Source of the DNA: Octopus sinensis
Taxonomy: Eukaryota
Assembly (NCBI RefSeq): GCF_006345805.1
Contig: NC_043023.1
Coordinates: forward strand, 1,736,001-1,800,000
Reading direction: 5' to 3'
DNA: 64,000 nucleotides
Shown here: piece after piece, positions 26,095 to 37,049 of the stretch
Layout of the letters: every line of letters begins with the position of its first letter
Numbering within the stretch: the first letter of the stretch is position 1
Notes under the pieces: generated by a model
What the model was told of the DNA's origin: nothing
What the model saw: the letters and a program-made list of their open reading frames with translations, nothing else
Databases searched by the model: none
Position numbers and translations under genes: made by a program

Positions 26095-26500
26095 TAGGAG
26101 TTGTGATACCAGTGCCGGTGGCACGTAAAAAGCACCATCCGAATGTGGCCGATGCCAGCGCCACCTTGACTGGCTTCTGTGTTGGTGGCACGTAAAAAGC
26201 ACCATCCGAACGTGGCCGATGCCAGCGCTGCATTGACTGGCTTCCCTGCTGGTGGCACGTTATAAGCACCAACCGATCGTGGCTGCTGCCAGACTCCCCT
26301 GGCACCTGTGCCGGTGGCACGTAAAAAGCACCCACTACACTCACGGAGTGGTTGGCATTAGGAAGGGCATCCAGCTATAGAAACATTGCCAGATCAGACT
26401 GGAGCCTGGTGCAGCCTCCTGGCTTCCCAGACCCCGGTCGAACCGTCCAACCCATGCTAGCACGGAAAAAGGACGTTAAACGATGATGATGATGATGATG
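26095..26500 (+). mobile_element. Family C element with four 60-bp modules
   Basis: gttgtgataccagtgccggtggcacgtaaaaagcacc repeated, followed by the conserved body and GAT tail. Confidence 0.85.
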
Positions 26501-26769
26501 AAACTTAGTTTACCAAATTTCCTTGTTTCCAAACTCAATTAAAAGAAAGGCAGTGCATTCCAACAGAAATCTGACAACAAAAATGATGGCCCTTTCGATA
26601 TCAGCCTGTCTTAGACAACCCTTCCCTTGGTTCTATGATGCAAACTTGCTGTTTCATAGTGATCTTAATTATAATCTTTCATTAAAATTTCATGTTAATT
26701 TTGTTCCAACACCAACTCAATTATGGCAATGTTCTTTTACTAATTCCTTCATTATCAATGGAAATTGTA

Positions 26770-27288
26770 GCCGTGATACCAGTGCCAGTGGCACGTAAGC
26801 GAACCATCTGAACATGGCCGTTGCCAGCACCGCCCCGACGGGCCTCCGTGCCGGTGGCACATAAAAAGCACCATCCGATCGTGGCTGTTTGCCAGTCTCA
26901 CCTGGCCCCCGTGCCAGTGGCACATAAAAAGCACCATCCGACCGTAGCCGTTGCCAGCCTCGCCTGGCCCCTGTGCTGGTGGCACGTAAAAAGCACCATC
27001 CGATCATGACCATTGCTAGCCTCACCTGGCCCCCATGCCGGTGGCATGTAAAACGCACCATCCGACTGTGGCCGTTTGCCAGCCCCATCTGGCACCTGTG
27101 TCGGTGACACGTAAAAAGCACCCACTATACACTCACGGAGTTGGCGTTAGGAAGGGCATCCAGCCGTAGAATCATTGCCAGATCAGACTGGGCCTGGTGC
27201 AGCCTTCTGGCTTCCCAGACCCCAGTTGAACTGTCCAACCCATGCTAGCATGGAAAGCGGACACTAAATGATGATGATGATGATGATT
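26770..27288 (+). mobile_element. Family C element with six 60-bp modules
   Basis: Same structure as 26095-26500 with more modules. Confidence 0.85.
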
Positions 27289-27434
27289 ATTCCATTGAGA
27301 CCAACCTGCCAGAGAGTAACCAGGGTTCCATGATACAAGCTTCCTGTTTTAAAGAGATCCAAATTAAAACCTTCCATCAAAATCTCAGGTTAATTTATAT
27401 TCTAAGAACCAGCTTGATAACGGCAAAGCGATTT

Positions 27435-27643
27435 TACTCTTTTACTTGTTTCAGTCATTTGACTGCAGCCATGCTGGAGCACCACCTTTAGTTGAGCAAA
27501 TCGACCCCAGGACTTATTCTTTGTAAGCCTAGTACTTATTCTATCAGTCTCTTTTGCTGAACTGCTAAGTTACGGGGACATAAACATACCACCATCAGTT
27601 GTCAAGCGACGTTGGGAGGACAAACACAGACACACAAACATAT

Positions 27644-27684
<41 letters not shown>

Positions 27685-27848
27685 CGATGAGCTTCTTTCA
27701 GTTTCCGTCTGCCAAATCCACTTACAAAGCTTTGGTCAGCCTGAGGCTATAGTAGAAGACACTTGCCCAAGGCGCCACACAGTGGGACTGAACCCGGAAC
27801 CATGTGGTTCATAAGCAAGCTACTTACCACACAGCCACTCCTAAGCCT
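27435..27848 (-). mobile_element. Full-length family A SINE
   Basis: tactcttttacttgtttcagtcatttgactgcagccatgctggagcacc ... accacacagccactcct. Confidence 0.9.
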
Positions 27849-28269
27849 ATAGCTACTTACTTACACAGCCACTCCTATGCCTATATGGTAAATATCTTTT
27901 TAACTTACGTTTTATTTTTGGTGCGGCCCCCTAAGAAGATCCCGGTTTATCATGTCTAGATTTAAAAAACATTGAGCGTGCAGTCCTCAAGCATCCTTCA
28001 AATGGTCCACCCTCTATAAATATAACAAATTTTTTTTTTGATCAACTTGTGTTATACTTTTGTTGCTGCAGCCCCCTAATTTTCTTTTACAAACTTGTGT
28101 TTTATTTTTGTTGGTGCACCCCCTTAAAAAAATCCAGATTTTTTATTGAGCCCAGACATTAAAAGCATTGAGCATGCAAACCTCAAGTATCCTTCCAGTG
28201 GCCCTCAACAGTACTCCTCCTTTAAATCTAATGAATTTCTGTTCTATATTTAAGAGACGAGGAATTATT

Positions 28270-28587
28270 TACATTATTTACATTCAACGGATATTTGTCC
28301 TCATCTTGTTTGTTGTTAACACAACGTTTCAGCTGATATACCCTCCAGCCTTCATCAGGTGTCTTGGGGAAATTTCGAACCTGGGTTCTCATTCCTAAGG
28401 GTCTTGTTTGTTGTTAACACAATGTTTCAGCTTATATACCCTCCTGCCTTCTTCAGGAGTCTTAGGAATGAGAACTCAGGTTTGAAATTTCCCTAAGACA
28501 CCTGATGAAGGCTGGAGGGTATATCAGCCGAAACGTGTTAACAACAAACAAGATGAGGACAAATATCTGTCGAATGTAAATAATGTA
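28270..28587. repeat. Palindrome of PLE terminal sequence (arms about 130 bp; spacer is a third partial copy)
   Basis: 28270-28399 is the near-perfect reverse complement of 28461-28587; 28400-28460 repeats part of the left arm. Confidence 0.92.
28318..28363 (-). ncRNA. Minimal type I hammerhead ribozyme motif (PLE-type)
   Basis: Minus strand GACAC CTGATGA A GGCTG gagggtatat CAGCT GAAAC GT T GTGTT: stem I GACAC/GTGTT, core CUGAUGA..GAAA, palindromic 2-bp stem III ACGT. Confidence 0.65.
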
Positions 28588-29466
28588 TAATGAATTTCTC
28601 TTTTACCAGCTTGTGTTTTACTATTACTAAAAAAATCCCGATTTTTGATTGAGCCCAGAAATTAAAAGCATTCAGCATGCAGCCCTCAATCATCCTTCCA
28701 GTGGCCCTCAACAGTACTCCACCTACAAATATAATGAACTTCTCTTTTACCAGCTTGTTTTACCATTACTGGTGCAGCCTCCTCAAAAAGTCCAGGTTTT
28801 TTCTTAAGCCCAGATATTAAAAACACCGAGCATGCAACCCTCAAGAATCCTTCCAGTGGCCCTCGATGCCCTTCCTATAATAAATATATTAAATTTTTTT
28901 TTGAATCAACATAATTTTCTTTATTTATGCTTTACTGCTTAAGGTGCACGGCCCCTAAAAGAAAATCAAGATTTGGGATCTGGCCCAGATATTAAAAAAG
29001 ATTGAAAATCACAGAATTCAACACAGGATTGAAGGTGGTACGAATGGCTGAAACCAGGAACTAAAGACAAAATGGGTGCAAAATGGATCAGAAAATCATT
29101 AGCCCTTACTTGTTAGTTGTGTTTAATCTTCATTAAGAATCCAATCCATATGCAACTTAAATAGAAGAGAGAGGAAATAAAACTGTGAAACTGTTGCTGT
29201 TTTCATCGAGACATCTTTTTTAAAATATCTGTAAAAGACAGAAAGAAAGGACTGTGTCTTTTAGGAGGAAAAAGGTGAGAATAATGGTAAAGTCTCAGAG
29301 TATAGAAGCTTCAGTGTCTTATGTCCTCAGTCTCACCAAAACCTTAAGAGTGGACTTCATTGACAGAAGCTCAGAGAAGCCTATACACACACACACATAT
29401 ATATGTGCATATACATAAATATATATATACATACATATACATGCACACACATATACTCACATGTAT

Positions 29467-29518
<52 letters not shown>

Positions 29519-29875
29519 TATATATATGTATCATCATCATATATGTATGTATATATATATATATATTTATATGTATGTATGTAGTATGTATATATATATA
29601 TAAATATAGATATAAAATCGCTATTTTTCGTGGAAAATAGCGATTTTGACGTTTATATCTAGCATATTGACCGTCCACTTTTAGTGGTCAGTCCTTTAAA
29701 TTTTGTATGTAAAAAATATTTTAATCTTCGGATTTTTTTAATATGCTAGGCCACTGGTTTTAATTGATTAATATCAATTTCTACCCTTATTCAATTTTAT
29801 ATATATATATATACTTTATTAATAAAGCTGCAAAAGCATCACAAAAACTGTTACTCAGAGTTTCACATTCCCATT

Positions 29876-31418
29876 TGTTAGTTAGTTAGTTAGTTAATTT
29901 GGCTCAAAAGCAAATAGCAAGGCCATGTAGGGGGACATGGAGTTAAGTACAGGGTGGTGTTCATGTAAAGAGTTCAGGCCACTTGAGGTCAAGGGAGACT
30001 TTGAACAAAGCGGTCGTCGGCATCTTCACCATCTCGTCTGGCAGCTTGTTCCACGGATCCGCAACCCAGACGGAGAAAGCTCCTCTCCTTCGATTGAGAT
30101 GAAATCGTCGCAGGTAGAGCTTTTCGGAATGACCCCGCAGCCGACGCTCTGGAGCAGGAGTGAAGAACAGCTCTTTCGAGAGGTTACACTTTCCGCTTAT
30201 GATGTTGTGGGCGAGAATGAGATCACCACGGCGGCGCGTTTTTCAAGAGAATAAAGGACGAGCGTCCTCAGCCTTTTTTGTAGGACAAATTTTTGAGACC
30301 ATGAACCATGCGGGTAGCCAGCTTCTGGACTCTTTCGAGATGCTGTATGTCTTTGAGGAGATAAGGAGAAGAGGCTTGAATCCCGTACTCCAATATGGGT
30401 CTCACCAGCGTGACATAGAGTGGTAGGAATATGGCTGCTGTGAGCATTCCGAATGACCGTCGAATCAAGAACAGAATTCCGCGTGCTTTGTTGGCAGCAT
30501 GGACGCACTGGGCCGAAGGCGAAAAGGAGGAATCCACCAAGATACCCAGGTCCTTTACCTGATCGGTTCTCTCCAGCAGCAGACGACCCGGCTCAAAATC
30601 AAGTTGAGTTGCAGGAGGAGAGCCAACAGGCAGATGACAGCACTTTGACACGTTCAGACACAGGTCCCATTCGTTAGACCACTTCCAAATTTGGTGGAGG
30701 CATCGACAAAGATCCTCTATATCACCGCGAGGAGCGACCAGTTTGATATCGTCGGCAAATAGAAGTGTGTGTTGCGTGAGGTCGTCGGGCAAGTCATTTA
30801 TGAAGACTAAGAACAATAAGGGCCCAAGCACTGAACCTTGAGGCACGCCACTGCTCGCACTGGAGACGTCGGACCGCGAACCATTAACTTGGACTTGGAA
30901 GGAGCGATCTGAGAGGAAGGCACCAACCCATCGTACAATATCCGGATGGAAACTATATGCTTGAAGGTTGACAAGTAATAGGCGGTGGTTTACCGAGTCA
31001 AAAGCTTTGGCAAAGTCCAATAAAACGATGTCAACAGCATCACTATCATCGAGGATGCGTGTCACCAATTCTTCCATTACCAGTAAGTTGGTCAAGCATG
31101 ATCTCTTCGGCACGAAGCCGTGTTGGGAATCAGAGATAGAGGCTGTGTTTTGGAGGTGGAGCATCATACTTTTCTTAAGGATGGTTTCGAACATCTTGCT
31201 GATTATTGATGTAAGGGAAACCGGTCGGTAGTTAAGCGGGTCTTCGCGGCTCCCTTTCTTGAAAATTGGGCAGATTATCGCTGTTCTCCAGTCCGCAGGT
31301 ATAACACCCGTCGCCAATGACATATTGAATAGACGTGTTAAGGGCTCGCAGATGACCGGAGCCAACGCTTTGATAACCTGTGGGTGTATGCCGTCAGGGT
31401 CGTGACCCTTGGGCAGTT
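29876..31418 (-). mobile_element. CR1-clade LINE, 5'-truncated, RT domain nearly intact, (TAAC)n tail
   Basis: ORF 30268-31437 has NYRPVSLTS, QHGF, LDFAKAFDSV, GVPQGSVLGPLLFLVFINDL, FADD, KDLG and RPILEY. One 1-nt frameshift in an A-run after LSY; the shifted frame continues RRRGDLI..RGH..F.VWVADPWNKLP to TGA at 29961. Tail gttagttagttagttag. Confidence 0.93.
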
Positions 31419-31468
31419 TCGGTTGAGAATGAAACAAAAAATAAGGTATATGTATAAATATTTAATTA

Positions 31469-32736
31469 TTACGTTGTCAAGTATGAAATTTGTAGAAAAG
31501 AGAAAAAAAAGTCTGCTAATGTTTTATAAATACAAGGAACAGTTTTATTCATCAAAGTATGCACTGATATTGTCAATACATTTTTGCCATTTCAGTGGTA
31601 GCTTGTCCAGGCTGGAACTGTAAAAGCCTGGCAATCTAGAGTCAATAAAATTTTGGAAGGCATCGACGAAATTAAATCTTTTCCGTATCAAAAAGTTATC
31701 CAAATCCTGGAAGAAGTGGTAGTCAGTGGGGGCAAGATCAGGTGAGTATGATGGATGACGGAGAACTTCCAACTCCAACTCCTGTAGTTTTGCCAATGTT
31801 ATTTTTGCAATGTTTGGTCTGGCGTTGTCTTGCAATAAAATAGGAGTGGATCTGTTGACTAATCTAGGCTGCTTTTTTGTAAGTTTCTGCATTATTTGGT
31901 CCAGTTGCCTGTAGTATACTTCGGCCGTGAGCCAGGTTTAATGAAATCATAATGGATCACACCTGCGCCAGACCACCAAACACACACCATCAGCTTCTTC
32001 TGAAGAATTTTGCTTTGTGGATTGTGTTTTAGTGGCTCATCTTTGTCCAGCCATTGTGCTGAACATTTACGGTTGTTGTACTGGATCCATTTTTTATCAC
32101 ATGTTACAATTCGATTCAAAAATGATACATTTTTGTGACGAGAAAGTAGCATAATGCAGGCTTCCAAACATTGCTGTTTCTGATTTTCATTGAGTTCATG
32201 TGGAACCCAACTATCCAACTTTTTCACTTTACCAATTTGAACTAGTTGAGTCAATATTGTTTACTTGCTAACACCAAACAACAACAATAATTCACAGGCA
32301 CTTTGAGATGGATCTGACTCAATGGTGACTTTCAGTTTGTCATTATCCACCTTGTTTCTAGTTGACCATGTTGCTCATTTGTGAAGTCAAAGTTAGCAGA
32401 ACGAAATTTTGTAAACCAATTTGATACTGTCTGCTGTGCAATAATATTACAATGAAATACTCCATTAATATAGCAAGCTGTCTGTGATGTATTTCCAAGA
32501 AAGAACTCATATTTCAAAACTGTACAAATTTCCGACTTATCCATCTCTAAAACAAAAATAGCAGAAAAACGATTTATAAATACTTTATAAAGTGCAAAAT
32601 GAATTAGAATAAAGAAATAGATGTGTCAGCTTTCTAACAAAAAATAAACAGTGTCAAAATATAATAATGGTGCAAAATGAGCAGCAGTCAAATTTAACCA
32701 TATACCTTACTACAAATTTCATACTTGACGACCTAA
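31469..32736 (-). mobile_element. Full-length mariner (D,D34D) relic, 1268 bp, frameshifted transposase
   Basis: TIRs TA|TTACGTTGTCAAGTATGAAATTTGTAG and CTACAAATTTCATACTTGACGACCTAA|TA. Three ORF pieces (32332-32544, 31892-32254, 31545-31892) carry WVPHEL, IVTCD, LQDNARP and YSPDLAPTDYHFF. Confidence 0.95.
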
Positions 32737-33131
32737 TACATTGATAGATACACATTTGAAATTGGTTTTGTTTCATTGTCCTTTCAACTAATGGTCTTTT
32801 CAATAGCCAGTTATATGAAATTAAAATTACAATTCAAAATAATATTTAAAATCAAAGAAAACTTTAAATAAAAAATTAGCTTCAGTCGAAGGAAAAAAAC
32901 CTGTATGTCCCGGGTAAATTAATTAATGGTAAAATAAATTTAAATTTAATTTAAAAGATATCTGTTTAAAATAAAAGCATTCACTAACAAAGAACATCAT
33001 AAAAATACATATACATTTACTTTATACACAAATACGTAAAAACCTATACATACATATATACACAAAACATACAAAAATTGGTACATGCCTGCATATATTT
33101 ACAAACAAATACAGGCAAAACATATATATAA

Positions 33132-33332
33132 TCTTTTACTTGTTTCAGTCATTTGATTGTGGCCATGCTGGAGCACAGCATTTAGTCAAACAAATCGACC
33201 CGAGGACTTATCCTTTGTAAGCCTAGTACTTATTCTATCGGTCTCTTTTCCTGAACTGCTAAGTTACGGGGAAGTAAACACACCAGCATCGATCGGTTGT
33301 CAAGCAATGTTGGGGGGACAAACACAGACACA

Positions 33333-33372
<40 letters not shown>

Positions 33373-33503
33373 CATATATATATACACACACACACATATT
33401 GACGGGCTTCTTCCAGTTTCCGTCTACCAAATCCACTCACAAGGCTTTGGTCGGCCCGAGGCTATAGTAGAAGACACTTGCACAAGGTGCTACACAGTGG
33501 GAC
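33132..33503 (-). mobile_element. Family A SINE
   Basis: Full-length match to the 18385 copy in reverse. Confidence 0.9.
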
Positions 33504-33966
33504 TGAACCCAGAACCATGTGGTTGGTAAGCAAGCTACTTACCACACAGCCACTCCTGCGCCTATATATATACACAAATGTATATATAGGTATCTATGTA
33601 CATATATATATATATATACACATAATGCATCTCCGTGCATATTTCTAAATGTATAATTTAGTTGTTGCAAGCTAGAAAAAGAAAATCAAAAAATAACAAG
33701 TGGTGGGAGAAAGAAAAGTAGAAAAAAAATAGAAGAGTGAGGATTCAATCAGAATGCATTCAATCACACATTCTGACAGAATCCTCTTTGTGTCAACATG
33801 TACCTCCTTGCGACAAAGTAGCCTTCAATCTAATCACGATAGCCTTGGTCTGAGGACTAGCCAGTAGCATATACCTCACTCGGATTTTACCAATTCTCAG
33901 GTTCCACTTGCTATGAAACAAATGTAACCTGGATTTTCCATACTTCATTCACTCTTTCTCTCTTTC

Positions 33967-34383
33967 TACTCTTTTTACTTGTTTCAGTCATTTGACTGCG
34001 GCCATGCTGGAGCACCGCCTTTTAGTCAAGCAAATCGACCCCAGACTTATTCTTTGTAAGCCTAGTACTTATTCTATCGGTCTCTTTTCCTGAACTGCTA
34101 AGTTACGGGGAAGTAAACACACCAGCATCGATCGGTTGTCAAGCATGTTGGGGGGACAAACACAGACACACAAACACACACACACATATATATATATTAT
34201 ATATATATATATATATATACGACAGGCTTCTTCCAGTTTCCGTCTACCAAATCCACTCACAAGGCATTGGTCGGCCCGGGGCTATAGCAGAAGACACTTG
34301 CCCAAGATGCCACGCAGTGGGACTGAACCTGGAACCATGTGGTTGGTTAGCAAGCAACTTACCACACAGCCACTCCTGCGCCT
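33967..34383 (-). mobile_element. Family A SINE
   Basis: Full-length match; 5' end abuts (TA)n. Confidence 0.9.
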
Positions 34384-34400
34384 ATATATATATATATATA

Positions 34401-34550
34401 TAGAAATACAATAAAAGGCTTCCAAATAAGGAAGTGTTTTGCTAGAACACAAAAAGGGATAAATTCATGAAAGGAATGACAATTAAAATTTATCCCTTTT
34501 TGTGTTCTAGCACACCGCTTCCTTATTTGGAAGCCTTTTATGTATTTCTA
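34401..34550. repeat. Palindrome with about 65-bp arms
   Basis: tagaaatacaataaaaggcttccaaataaggaag..tgctagaacacaaaaagggataaatt ... aatttatccctttttgtgttctagca..cttccttatttggaagccttttatgtatttcta. Confidence 0.9.
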
Positions 34551-34639
34551 TATGAATAATATATAGTCTAATGACTAATTCGTCTTTTATGCTAGGCCAC
34601 TGGTAATAATAATTTATTATGTTTATATATATATATCGA

Positions 34640-34990
34640 AATCGAATTGAACCAGCCAGGATCCCTGGTCTGGTGGTACGTAAAAAGCACTATCCGACTC
34701 GTGGCCAATGCCAGCACCGCCTCGACTGTCTTCCGTGCCGGTGGCACATAAAATACACCGATCCAACCGTGGCCGTTGCCAGCCTCGCCTGGCACCTGTG
34801 CAGGTGGCATGTAAAAAGCACCCACTACACTCACGGAGTGGTTGGCGTTAGGAAGGGCATCCAGCTGTAGAAACATTGCCAGATTAGACTGGAGCCTGGT
34901 GCAGCCTTCTGGCTTCCCAGATCCCCGGTCGAACCGTCCAACCCATGCTAGCATGGAGAACGGACGTTAAACGATGATGATGATGATGAT
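34640..34990 (+). mobile_element. Family C element
   Basis: Three modules, conserved body and GAT tail. Confidence 0.85.
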
Positions 34991-35067
34991 ATATATACCG
35001 GAGTAAACACATAAATGTGAAACAAGGTGGAAAAAGAGTACTCAAATACCAGTGGTAGAGTAATATG

Positions 35068-35224
35068 TTTTATTTAAAGCAGCAGAAAATTCAACAAAAC
35101 CTGTTACTCTGAGTTTTACATTCCCGTTCATCGGACAGTTTTTGCTAGAAAAAACTGTCCGATGAACGGCAACGGGAAACTCAGAGTAACAGGTTTTGTT
35201 GAATTTTCTGCTGCTTCAAATAAA
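35068..35224. repeat. Palindrome of a PLE end carrying two divergent hammerhead-like motifs with a CCGAUGA core
   Basis: Plus 35155-35192 CTGT CCGATGA acggcaacgg GAAACTC A GAGT A ACAG; mirrored copy at 35101-35138. Confidence 0.75.
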
Positions 35225-35235
35225 GTATATATATA

Positions 35236-36025
35236 TATAATTTCAACAATTGAGGGTAAAATTAATTAATTATTAATCAATTTCACCAAGTATTCAGTAT
35301 GCAAAGGGACCATTTAAGGCGAATTCAAATTATTACAATATATAAAAGGGTTTAGTAAAATAAATTACTTTGCCACATACTGAACTCATTAGAAATAGCA
35401 GCCAAAAAAAATTTTTTTTAAACTATTTCTAATACTTAAAGAAATTTATTTTACTAAGCCCTTTTATATATTGTAATAATTTGAATTCGCCTTAAATGGT
35501 CCCTTTGCATACTGAATACTTGGTGAAATTGATTAATAATTAATTAATTTTACCCTCAATTGTTGAAATTATAATTCATCTCTCTCTATTTAATACTTCG
35601 GATTTTTTTACCGATAAAACATGGTGTTTACTGATTTTAACCCACGCTGGTGGAAAGGGGAGAGCAGAAATTCTTCGCTTGCACATTTCGAATTTGTTGG
35701 CACTGATAGTTCGAGCAGATCTTCAGAAGCGATAAGAAGCTGAAAGGGTATGCTCCCACTTTCAGTGTTTCCAGATCCGAACCAAGGAGTTCTGAGCTGA
35801 CGAAAGAAGTGTCGTTTTGACTAATCTAGAAACGTACGTTCTCAAATAACCTTTGCATTTGATTTTTTAATGTCTTTACCCCCATGCTTTCGTGAGTTGA
35901 ATTGAGCAAACACTATATATGAGAGAGATTTTCTTTAAGTATTAGAAATAGTTTAAAAAAAATTTTTTTTGGCTGCTATTTCTAATGAGTTCGGTATGTG
36001 GCAAAGTAATTTATTTTACTAAGCC

Positions 36026-36035
<10 letters not shown>
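35236..36035. mobile_element. Compound inverted/direct repeat structure (A-B-A'-C-B'-A') typical of PLE termini
   Basis: 35236-35365 is the reverse complement of 35447-35573; 35340-35446 is the reverse complement of about 35930-36035. Confidence 0.8.
35793..35844 (+). ncRNA. Hammerhead-like motif (type I, slightly decayed stem II)
   Basis: TGAG CTGACGA a aga..gtc gtttt gac..tct a GAAAC GTAC GT T CTCA: stem I TGAG/CTCA and palindromic stem III ACGTACGT. Confidence 0.5.
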
Positions 36036-36066
<31 letters not shown>

Positions 36067-36112
36067 GCACATATCTGTAAATATAATATGTGACAATTAT
36101 TTGGTAGCCATG

Positions 36113-36171
36113 ATAAAACTCCGAGTTTCGGATATTGGGGCAGAAACCCACACAGGCATCTCTTCAGTTAT
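36113..36171 (-). ncRNA. Hammerhead-like motif (type I)
   Basis: Minus ATAA CTGAAGA gat...atcc GAAACTC G GAGT T TTAT: stem I ATAA/TTAT, stem III ACTC/GAGT; stem II imperfect. Confidence 0.5.
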
Positions 36172-36499
36172 TGGGCCATTGAAAAACAAATGCTGCTATA
36201 CATTTTGCCTGGCATGCTAATAATTCTGCTATAATAATAATAATAGGTACAAGGGCTGAAATTTTGAAGGAGGGGTGCCAGTTGATTAGATTGGCCCAGT
36301 ATGCAACTGGTACTTAATTTATCAATCCCAAAAGGATGAAAGGCAATCTCGACCTTGGCGGAATTTGAACTCAGAACATAAAGATAGACGAAATACTGCT
36401 GAGCATTTCGCCCAGCGTGTTAATGACTCTGCCTGCATGCTGCCATAATCATAATAATGGTAATAATAATAATAATAATAACAACAATAATACTATATT

Positions 36500-37046
36500 C
36501 TGATGCAGTACCAGGCAGTGGCTCTCGTGGCTTCTGATCTTAACTGATTGAAAGTGTTATCATGTACATTGTTTTGTCTTGGTATAAAAGATGGACTACA
36601 GCAAATATTCTGTTCATTACCACAGATTTGCTTGTCAGTTGTTTGACCTTCACCAGTTGAGCATGTCCCTTGGTGGCTGACGATATGTGCATCTCTGATC
36701 ACGAGCAGAAGTAGTGGGGGAGCACCATATCCATGTGTTGAGAAAGATTCTTTGGGGTTTGAATAATTCACCTCTGGAAACATGGGTGTTTCATTCAACA
36801 ACCTAAAGCAACCCTTATTCAGGGACCTTTTGACCTGAAGAAAATTCTAACTGGGGCCCACCTGCAAGGTCATGTGCTGTTTATATTGATATAAGATCAC
36901 CATGTCGTGCACATATGGTTGTGATGCATGTGCCTAGTGTACCTTTATCAGACGGGTAGTCATGATGGGTATATTGGGCTTCATATATTTTACCCCAGTG
37001 TCACTTTGATGGCATGCACTGCTCTCTCATTCAATAATAATAATAA
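36500..37046 (+). mobile_element. Family D interspersed repeat (about 540 bp, SINE-like, (AAT)n tail)
   Basis: High similarity to the reverse complement of 40569-41135; both copies sit inside (AAT)n runs. Confidence 0.85.
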
Positions 37047-37049
37047 TGG

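Larger units (their letters stand above)
27900..29010. repeat. Old degenerate tandem repeat (about five units of 140-200 bp)
   Basis: Recurrent ggtgcagcccc.taa.aa..atcc.g.ttttt.ttgagcccaga.attaaaa.cattgagcatgca.ccctcaag.atccttccagtggccctc near 27920, 28110, 28630, 28770 and 28940. Confidence 0.7.
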
